Positions 13,085 to 21,077 of a DNA stretch of 64,000 nt are shown piece by piece. This DNA comes from Phaeosaccion multiseriatum. Lineage: Eukaryota > Protista > Ochrophyta, other classes. The stretch lies in NCBI GenBank assembly GCA_965112735.1, contig OZ218950.1, positions 6,138,001 through 6,202,000 on the forward strand. The letters are read 5' to 3'. A program made the position numbers and the translations under genes. Positions within the stretch are counted from its first letter, which is position 1. Each line of letters opens with the position of its first letter. The notes beneath the pieces were generated by a model, which saw only the letters and a program-made list of their open reading frames with translations, searched no databases and was not told the origin of the DNA.

Positions 13085-13777
13085 GTACTTGTCCTGCTCG
13101 CTGGGCCTTGTTGGCTGCGATGCAGGCGGTGCCGACGCGTTCCGCCTCGGTGATGGCGGAGTCGAGGTCCTCGTTGATGAGGCGGGTCTCTGCGTGGTGC
13201 GTCTCTTCCGCGGCCTTCTGGTGTGACTCCGCTTCGATGATCCGAAGCGCCTGGTTGATGGTGGTGACTGTCGCTGCCAGTGCGCAGGCTTCACCGTGAT
13301 ACGGTGCACCGATCTCGATGGGTGACACCGATGTTGATGCAGAGGAGGTGTTTATGCCATAAGGCTCAGCTAATTCCCTTGTTGTCTGACTCGATGTTGG
13401 AATTCCGAGTCGTGTGGGAGTAGCGACGGCTGTCCGTCTCTAAAATTGAACGGCAATGGAGTCCACGCACTCGAGAAAGCCAGTGTAGTAGCACTTGTCC
13501 TGCTCGCTGGGCCTTGTTGTTGGCTGCGATGCAGGCGGTGCCGGCGCGTTCCGCCTCGGTGATGGCGGAGTCGAGGTCCTCGTTGATGAGGCGGGTCTCT
13601 GCGTGGTGCGTCTCTTCCGCGGCCTTCTGGTGTGACTCCGCTTCGATGATCCGAAGCGCCTGGTTGATGGTGGTGACTGTCGCTGCCAGTGCGCGGGCTT
13701 CACCGTGATACGGTGCACCGATCTCGATGGGTGACACCGATGTTGATGCAGAGGAGGTGTTTAGGCCATAAGGCTCA
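13085..13777. repeat. ~285-bp near-identical direct duplication (13085-13368 and ~13491-13777)
   Basis: Both copies encode (-) SPIEIGAPYHGEA.ALAATVTTINQALRIIEAESHQKAAEETHHAETRLINEDLDSAITEAER.GTACIAAN(N)KAQRAGQV, differing by a few SNPs and one 3-bp indel. Confidence 0.95.
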
Positions 13778-13953
13778 TAACCTGAAGAGTTGGCCTGATA
13801 TCCGTCACTGGATGTAGATGATGCGAAGGAGAAGTAGGTAGATGGATGTGGTGTGTGTACGGTCAGTTGACAGCGTACAGCAGTGGTGAGCTTGAGGCTC
13901 GTAAGACGCCAGTGGACGAGGCGAAGAGGGCAGGGCGACACTGGATAGTGCAA
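13366..13953 (-). CDS. Hypothetical intronless coiled-coil ORF, partly made of duplicated and palindromic DNA
   Basis: 195-aa ORF. The helical segment keeps its frame in both duplicate copies. The start codon is non-ATG and no homology is recognised. Confidence 0.2.
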   Translation of the reverse strand: MHYPVSPCPLRLVHWRLTSLKLTTAVRCQLTVHTPHPSTYFSFASSTSSDGYQANSSGYEPYGLNTSSASTSVSPIEIGAPYHGEARALAATVTTINQALRIIEAESHQKAAEETHHAETRLINEDLDSAITEAERAGTACIAANNKAQRAGQVLLHWLSRVRGLHCRSILETDSRRYSHTTRNSNIESDNKGIS

Positions 13954-14240
13954 CCTACCTCGAGTCCATGTTGACGATACTTGCGGCAGATAAAGGATAG
14001 GACATTTAACATCCCTTTATCTACCGCAAGTATCTACAACATGGACTCGAGGTAAGGTTGCACTATCGAGTGTCGCCCTGCCCTCTTCGGTTCCATTGCT
14101 TGCCCTCTGTTTGTCATTCGCCTCGTCCACTGGCGTCTTACGAGCCTCAAGCTCACCACTGCTGTACGCTGTCAACTGACCGTACACACACCACATCCAT
14201 CTACCTACTACTTCTCCTTCGCATCATCTACATCCAGTGA
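13805..14240. repeat. Long foldback palindrome 1 (~200-bp arms, ~15-nt loop near 14000-14012)
   Basis: TCACTGGATGTAGATGATGCGAAGGAG... at 13805 is the reverse complement of ...CTCCTTCGCATCATCTACATCCAGTGA ending at 14240. The arms have a few mismatches and a ~30-bp insertion in the right arm (~14090-14118). Confidence 0.95.
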
Positions 14241-14512
14241 GGAGATTCGGAGGAAGAGAAAGACTTCACCCCCCCCGGCCCACGACGGCGATAGCGGATA
14301 GCGGATAGCGTGTCAGTCGAAGAGGAAGGGCGGACGAAGAGCTGAAACTTTTTTTCACAACCATCATCACCAAATTAACTCCCTCTCGTGTCCCCCAAGG
14401 GAGGACACAATCAGAGCTGTGTGTATACGGTGTGGGAGGGGAATGAGATCCTTCTACTTGCTTGTTACGGAGGCGCAAGGAAACAAGGGGGGGGGGGAGT
14501 GTTTTTTGAGCG

Positions 14513-15127
14513 ATGGTGCGTAGGCGGTGTGAGGTTGAAGGTTGCGAGAAGCTTTCGCAGCGCTTAGGCCTCTGCATTGGGCACGGCGCAGTCATCCCGG
14601 TCAAGAGATGCACTGTTGAGGGCTGTGACAAGCATCAGGTCCAAGGAGGGCTCTGCATCGCTCATGGTGCTGTGAAAAGACAGAGGAGGTGCTCTGTTGA
14701 GGGGTGCGACAAGCAGTCGAGACGGGGAGGCATTTGCGTGGGCCATGGCGCTGTGGTCAAGAGGTGCAGTGTGGAGGGGTGTGAAAAGCAGGCCAAGCAG
14801 GGGGGGCTTTGTATTATACATGGGGCTGTCGTCAAGAGGTGCGATGTTATTGGGTGTGAGAAGCAGGCCCAGGGAGGGTGCGCGGGTATGTGTCAGCGCC
14901 ACGCACGAATGAAAAGGCGGCGAGAGGAGCAGGAGGAGGAGATGCTCCAGGGCATGCCTGTGCTCAAGCGAGGAGCGGGGATGGTGCAGGGCATGCCTAT
15001 GTACAACCGAGGCGCTGCGAACATGGGTGCCGACATGATGGGGGGGAGCGAGACGAAGGGAACTTTCCAATCGTACACTACCTTCGAGACGAAGAAGGGA
15101 ACTTTACAGTCGTACACTTTCAATTGA
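14513..15127 (+). CDS. Intronless WRKY19-like (CxxxGCxKxxxxGGxCxxHG) zinc-finger repeat protein
   Basis: Five tandem repeats: CEVEGCEKLSQRLGLCIGHG, CTVEGCDKHQVQGGLCIAHG, CSVEGCDKQSRRGGICVGHG, CSVEGCEKQAKQGGLCIIHG, CDVIGCEKQAQGGCAGMCQRH. No true WRKY domain is present. Confidence 0.8.
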   Translation: MVRRRCEVEGCEKLSQRLGLCIGHGAVIPVKRCTVEGCDKHQVQGGLCIAHGAVKRQRRCSVEGCDKQSRRGGICVGHGAVVKRCSVEGCEKQAKQGGLCIIHGAVVKRCDVIGCEKQAQGGCAGMCQRHARMKRRREEQEEEMLQGMPVLKRGAGMVQGMPMYNRGAANMGADMMGGSETKGTFQSYTTFETKKGTLQSYTFN

Positions 15128-16276
15128 GGAAGGGGATAGACACGAGGAAGGGAAGCAAGCAGTAAAATGAGCAGTTGCGGGGCTGGCTGGAGCTTCTAGG
15201 CTTCATGTCGGGGACGAGAAGAGGAAGAGGGTTGAGTGGGAGGGCTAGCAGACAATTGCTGCCGCTGATGCTGCCAAAAACCTGCTAACGGCCGTCGGGA
15301 CAGGGAGCTACCGATTGGGCGTGCCGTTGGCTGCGGGGCAGGTTGCGGTGTTGCTGCTGCCCCGCTTTAGCGTGGAGACTACGATTGGAGGCTTTGTGTC
15401 TGCCTAGCACCGCTACTATCGCTCAGGAGGAGGAGGAGGAGGAGGAGGAGGAGGAGGAGGGCATAATGACGATGCCGAGTGGGTGGTACTAGAGGAGAGC
15501 ATGGCGGCGGCGAGTGAGAAGAAGAAGAACAAGAAGAGGGGCGGATGGAAGGCCCTGCGAGCGTGCGTGCGCATGCAGAGCGTACGACCAGGGGCTTCCT
15601 CTGCTTTTTTACAGTAGAGTGTATGTATTTTGGGAGGGGGAGGGGGGGGAAATCCCCTAGTTTTTTTTTCAACTCTCGATTTGCGTACTAATAAGAATCG
15701 CCAAATTGATGGGAGCGCTATAGCTCTTCGTGTAGCTCTTTGAGATGCCTATCCATCCATAGTCTTTCGGCTTTCATCCCTCTTTCCCTTCCCTCCTTGT
15801 CAGCATTTTTTCATTTCTGCAAGAGCACGGGCGATTCTTACGCAAATCGAGTGTTAAAAATACATCTGCTTCGGGGGGCTCAGGCGCGAGTGTCAGCGAG
15901 CAGGAGACAGGGGGGAGAAGAAGGGGGCCAACGCCAAGCAGCAACGCGCACTTGGCTCCCCACCCGGGAGCTCTTTGTTTTTTGTATCTTCTGCTGCTGC
16001 CCCAATCTTTGAGGGTTGGTGCACCGCGCTGACTCACAACTGTTCCAAAGTTCTTCCTCTCTCCCTCCCCTCCCTGGGATATCTCCATCGCCCTGGCCAA
16101 GAGGGGCCAACTATTAAGTCAATAAATACTACCTTCCCTTGTATGTCAATTAACCGCCCTGGGGGCGGGACATCCAGTTAATTGACATACTAGTGCCCCA
16201 TCTAGAATAGAGGTGGGGCCCTTGTTCCTTCCCCCTTCTTGTGCATTACATCGAGACTCATCATCCTTGGAGAAAC

Positions 16277-18094
16277 ATGAGTGATACCTGCGGAGCGCGG
16301 GCCTTGAGTACTGTGGCCAGCCTTTTCCCGACACTCAAGGCTCTGTGGGGATTGTGCAAGGAGGTGGACAAGCTCACGTGCCGCACTCTGGTCCTTAGGG
16401 CCGACATGCCTGGTGATGTCAAGAGGCGCATGCTTAGCATGCTGAAGGAGCAGCAGCAGAAAGACGAGGAGAAGCACCATGCTGCATCTTCGTCTTCTTG
16501 GTCGGGGACTAGGTCTGCTGCTGCCGCAGATCAGGATGCGCTCGAAAGGCGGGGGAAGCGGGCAAAGGGAAGGGCACAGCGCCAGCTGCCCGAGAGCTCA
16601 CAGCGCAGAGAGACTGGGCGGGGAAAGGAGAGGCGCTCATTTTGCGTGACCGCCGTGCGTCTCGGCGCCCAGAGTCGACGCGGCCGTTCTGCCCCTAAAA
16701 AGGCTCTCGTTGTCAAAGTGTTGTCCATGTTGCCACGGTCCGCGAAGCGTGTGCTCTTCTCTGACGCTTTCAATCAGTCTGATGCGATACTGCCGAGCTC
16801 GCTGGAGGAGGTGACATTCGGGAGTGACTTTGACAGACCCATCGCTTTCCCTCCCTCGCTGAGGAAGCTTACTTTCAGTTCGGCGTTCAATCAGCCTGAT
16901 GTGATCCTGCCGAGCTCGCTGGAGGAGGTGACATTCGGGTTTGGTTTTAACAGACCCATCGCTTTCCCTCCCTCGCTGAGGAAGCTTACTTTCTCCGGTA
17001 TCTCGCAGTTCAATCAGCCTGATGTGATCCTGCCGAGCTCGCTGGAGGAGGTGACGTTCGGGTGGGCCTTTAACAGACCCATCGCTTTCCCTCCCTCGCT
17101 GAGGAAGCTTACTTTCTCCGATATCTCGCAGTTCAATCAGCCTGATGTGATCCTGCCGAGCTCGCTGGAGGAGGTGACGTTCGGGGAGTACTTTAACAGA
17201 CCCATCGCTTTCCCTCCCTCGCTGAGGAAGCTTACTTTCTCCGGTATCTCGCTGTTCAATCAGCCTGATGTGATCCTGCCGACCTCGCTGGAGGAGGTGA
17301 GAATCGGGAGGGACTTTAACAGACCCGTCGCTTTCCCTCCCTCGCTGAGGAAGCTTACTTTTTATATGTACTCGGCGTTCAATCAGCCTGATGTGATCCT
17401 GCCGAGCTCGCTGGAGGAGGTGACATTCGGGAGGGACTTTAACAGACCCATCGCATTCCCTCCCTCGCTGAGGAAGCTTACTTTTGCTGAGGACTCGCTG
17501 TTCAATCAGCCTGATGTGTTGTTGCCGAGCTCGCTGGAGGAGGTGACATTCGGGAGGGACTTTGACAGACCCATCGCTTTCCCTCCCTCGCTGAGGAAGC
17601 TTGCTTTTTGTGTGTACTCGCTGTTCAATCAGCCTGATGTGTTGTTGCCGAGCTCGCTGGAGGAGTTGACATTCGGGAAGGACTTTAACAGACCCATCGC
17701 TTTCCCTCCCTCGCTGAGAAAGCTTACTTTCTCCTCTACCTCGGCCTTAAATCAGCCTGATGTGTTGTTGCCGAGCTCGCTGGAGGAGGTGACATTCGGG
17801 AGGGACTTTGACAGACCCATCGCTTTCCCTCCCTCGCTGAGGAAGCTTACTTTCGACATGCTTTCGGAGTTCAATCAGCAGTTGGTCCTTCCTTGTGATG
17901 TGGAGGAGGTGGTGATGGGGCCCGGCTTTAATCGTCCCTTGCAGCTCCCTGCGTCTCTGCGGAGGCTGACGCTGAGAGAGAGCTACACCTGTCCATTGAC
18001 GGACCTGCCTGCTGGCCTCGAGTATCTCAAGGTTGGGAGGCAGTGCCCGCTGCCCGCAGATCTGCCGGAGGGGCTCCGTGTAGAGTACTTTTGA
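16277..18094 (+). CDS. Intronless FNIP (FGxxFN-type leucine-rich) repeat protein with a possible degenerate N-terminal F-box, 605 aa
   Basis: First ATG at 16277. Nine double repeats FNQPDVILPSSLEEVTFGxxFNRPIAFPPSLRKLTFxxxSx are followed by capping repeats. The N-terminal LSTVASLFPTLKALWGLCKEVDKLTCRTL loosely resembles an F-box. Confidence 0.9.
   Translation: MSDTCGARALSTVASLFPTLKALWGLCKEVDKLTCRTLVLRADMPGDVKRRMLSMLKEQQQKDEEKHHAASSSSWSGTRSAAAADQDALERRGKRAKGRAQRQLPESSQRRETGRGKERRSFCVTAVRLGAQSRRGRSAPKKALVVKVLSMLPRSAKRVLFSDAFNQSDAILPSSLEEVTFGSDFDRPIAFPPSLRKLTFSSAFNQPDVILPSSLEEVTFGFGFNRPIAFPPSLRKLTFSGISQFNQPDVILPSSLEEVTFGWAFNRPIAFPPSLRKLTFSDISQFNQPDVILPSSLEEVTFGEYFNRPIAFPPSLRKLTFSGISLFNQPDVILPTSLEEVRIGRDFNRPVAFPPSLRKLTFYMYSAFNQPDVILPSSLEEVTFGRDFNRPIAFPPSLRKLTFAEDSLFNQPDVLLPSSLEEVTFGRDFDRPIAFPPSLRKLAFCVYSLFNQPDVLLPSSLEELTFGKDFNRPIAFPPSLRKLTFSSTSALNQPDVLLPSSLEEVTFGRDFDRPIAFPPSLRKLTFDMLSEFNQQLVLPCDVEEVVMGPGFNRPLQLPASLRRLTLRESYTCPLTDLPAGLEYLKVGRQCPLPADLPEGLRVEYF
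16768..17880 (+). repeat. Coding tandem array of nine 123-bp units (first unit 117 bp)
   Basis: Unit starts (CAATCAG, AAATCAG at 17749) at 16771, 16888, 17011, 17134, 17257, 17380, 17503, 17626 and 17749; the array ends at ~17872. Confidence 0.97.
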
Positions 18095-18215
18095 CACAGA
18101 AAGCTCTCCCGTTTTCCTGAGCCTTGCGAAGGAATCAGAAGCGGGGCAGAGTTGCGAAGGAATCAATATCCCTAAACCAAATTTTAAGACCCACAAAAGT
18201 GGGTCTACAACTCTT

Positions 18216-18510
18216 GAGGCCCAAAAGCAGGTGATCCCGTCGGAGATGACCCATGCATCTCTAGTACAAAATGAAAGATCAAGATGTCCTTAGTCGGTAT
18301 AGAAAGTTGTACGGGTAACGGGGGACGAGAAGAGGCCATTTGGGATGAAGGAAAATATTTTGACCGAGCATTTTCCTTGATCCCAAATGGCCTCTTCTCG
18401 TCCCCCGTTACCCGTACAACTTTCTATACCGACTAAGGACATCTTGATCTTTCATTTTGTACGAGAGATGCATGGGTCATCTCCGACGGGATCACCTGCT
18501 TTTGGGCCTC
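18216..18510. repeat. Long foldback palindrome 2 (~140-bp arms, 2 mismatches, ~14-nt loop); MITE/foldback element or hairpin-RNA locus
   Basis: GAGGCCCAAAAGCAGGTGATCCCGTCGGAG... at 18216 mirrors ...CTCCGACGGGATCACCTGCTTTTGGGCCTC ending at 18510. No clean TSD was found. Confidence 0.95.
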
Positions 18511-18797
18511 CAAAGTGTAAATGTTTCTGCTGCGGTTTGTTGCGGACGGCTCTGAGTGAGCCCGAGGGGGGGCGGGGGCGTGATAAGAGGAGATGAGAGG
18601 AGAGGAGAGGGGAGGAGAAAGGAGAGCGAAAGGAGAGAGGGAGGAGAGCGGGGGGATAGAGCGAGAGGGAGAGGTAGAGAGAGAGGGGGGGGGGGAGAGA
18701 GAAAGGGAAAGAGAGAGAGAGAGGGGGGGGGGGAGAGAGAAAGGGAAAGAGAGAGAGAGAGGGGGGGGGGGGGGGAGAGAGAGAGAAAGAGAGACTC

Positions 18798-18837
<40 letters not shown>

Positions 18838-19038
18838 CGAGAGGGGAAAACGCAGATATGGGAGTGGGTGGGTGAGAAGGAGCGGACCAGGAGTGACCCA
18901 CGCATGAAAAAGGGGGAAAAAATTTGTATCACTTTTCGAGAACACTTAAAGCAGAGTCCTTTCTCCTTGAAATAACTCTCGTCACGAGAGAGAAGGGAGT
19001 GAGGGAGAGGAGCATCTCAGTGCTGGTGTGCGGTAGAC

Positions 19039-20065
19039 ATGGCGTTCATCGTCTCCTACAAGGGAGGAGTGTACTCGGACCTGGAAGGCAACAAGGAGTA
19101 TGTAGAGGAGGACTTTTGGACTCACCGTTTGGATCAAGACACACCTCAGGGGCGGAAGAGGTGTAGCGTTGAGGGCTGCGAGAAGCGCTCGAAGCGGGGA
19201 GGACTGTGCAGGCACCACTGGGCGGTGGCCAACATGTGCGCTGTTGGTGGATGTGAGAGGCCGAAGGACCAAGGAGGAGTTTGCGTTCGCCACAGAGCTG
19301 TGGTCGGGAGGAGTGATTGTGATGAGCGATCGAAGCAGGGAAGCCATGCAGAGTTCCACAGAGCCGTGGCCAAGAGCTGTGCTGTTGAGGAGTGTGAGAG
19401 GTATTCGCAGCAGGGAGGACTTTGAATCGGCAGCACAGAGCTTGAGAGTGGTCAAGAGGAGACGGCGGGTGGTCGGGTGGAAGCGGCGGTGGTGGGAGAA
19501 ACAAAACACGAGCCGAGCGAGTGGAGCAGAAGGAGGAGCTTCCCAGTGTACGCATGTATCCAAGCGAGAGGAGCTGTCACTGATGTGACTGTGAGGGGGA
19601 AGGAAGAGAGCAAAGAGGGTTACATTGCTTGTTGGGCTGTTTGAGGTGGGGCTTCCATGACGCACGCGGAGGAGACCGCCCCCCCTCTACTGCTGTGGTT
19701 TGTGGAGAGGGCTGGAAGATGCTCTGCGGTAGTTGGGACTGGGAGCGTTCGAATGGGCGGTGATTGGTGGCTGTGGGCCAGAGCAAAGTGTTGCTGCTGC
19801 CCCACTCAATCAACGCTGGCTCCGTGCGCATAAAAAGACAGCGCGATCGAAGCGCTCTGTCTGCGGCTTCCACTGCCATCGCTAAGGAGGAGGCGATGCT
19901 ACACAGTAGGCTAATGATGACGACAACGAGAAGCAGCAGGAGGAGTGGGCGGTGCTGGAGGAGAGCGTGTTAATGGCGAGTGAGAAGAAGAGGCGTGGGC
20001 TGAAGGCCCTTGAGCAAGCGTGCGAGCGTGCGGAGGGTGTGCCAGCAGGGGCTTTCTGCAGCTGA
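19039..20065 (+). pseudogene. Degenerate paralogue of the CxxxGC zinc-finger repeat gene with remnants of a shared C-terminal region
   Basis: CSVEGCEKRSKRGGLCRHH and CAVGGCERPKDQGGVCVRH are followed by decayed repeats. TGA at 19423-19425 replaces the Cys of GGLC. Downstream fragments (VGTGSVRMG, GQSKVLLLP, EWAVLEES...ASEKK...KAL) match 15290-15605. Confidence 0.65.
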
Positions 20066-20450
20066 GGGAGGGAGGGCAGAGGACCATGCTGAGAGAACAT
20101 GGGTGGGCAAGGCTACCATTTTATACACATCTCCCCCCCCTGCTGCCATATTTAGAGTCTTCAATTAATTGATTTCATAATCTACACTTTTCGACAGTGG
20201 CATCTACACACACACAGATGCTGCTCTTTCGCTTCCAACACTCCTCTCCGCCCTTGTCCTCCCTCTCCTCCCCCCCTCCCTCTATGACCGATTCAAGTGA
20301 GTGATGCACGCCCAAGTCTGCAAGTCCAAGTCAGTCAGTCAGTCAACCCCCCTCCCCCTCCTCCTCCCCCTCCTCCTGCTCCTCCCGAGTGATGCAAGTC
20401 AGTCAGTCAGTCAGTCAGTCAGTCAGTCAGTCAGTCAGTCAGTCAGTCAG

Positions 20451-20697
20451 TCACCCCTCCCCTTCCTCCTCCCCCTCCACTTGCGGCCTGCGGAAGGCCG
20501 TGACGCCTGAGAAGCGTTGTCTGCAGAAGGGACACGAGCGGCTGAGGAGGCTGCCCACACACGTGTTGCACACCAGGTGGCCGCAGGGCATCAGCACCTG
20601 ACGAGTTGGTGATATAGTGCAGCAGTTGGCGATGCAGTGCAGCAGTTGGTGATAGAGTGCAGTTAAATTAGTGATGGATAGAGACGCACACAGAGAT

Positions 20698-20733
<36 letters not shown>

Positions 20734-21029
20734 CACAGAGAGACAGACAGAGAAAGAGAGGAGACAGAGGGAGAGAGAGAGGCACCTTGTCCACTCGGTT
20801 GCCGAAGCAGATTTGGCACTGCAGCGCCGCATCGACCCTCCTGACTCGATCTGCCATGCGTGCCTCTCTCTCCCTCGCAGAGTCTGCCTCACGCCGTGCC
20901 TAAGAGAGGGATAAGGGGGGGGGGGGCGAGGCAAATGGATGGCAATGGATGGCAATGGATGGATGAGAAAATATGAGCAGGACCGGAACAACGAACGGGA
21001 CCCATTCATGTCCACGAGATGCTGTACTA

Positions 21030-21077
<48 letters not shown>

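Larger units (their letters stand above)
12951..16193 (+). mobile_element. Putative non-autonomous Helitron-like element
   Basis: The left junction is a|TCTAATAAATAAGAAAAG at 12950/12951. The right end has a GC hairpin CCGCCC-TGG-GGGCGG (16154-16168) nested in a 14-bp inverted repeat (16141-16154/16177-16190), followed by CTAG|t (16190-16194). This gives an A^T target with no TSD. No Rep/Hel ORF is visible. Confidence 0.4.

Noticed and set aside
14513-15127. WRKY transcription factor
   Set aside because: There is no WRKYGQK domain, only the CxxxGC/CxxH repeat that is often mislabelled WRKY19.
16768-17880. CRISPR array or DGR template/variable repeat
   Set aside because: The variable parts are only 6-15 nt, in frame within one ORF, and not adenine-specific. 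No cas or reverse transcriptase gene is in the window.
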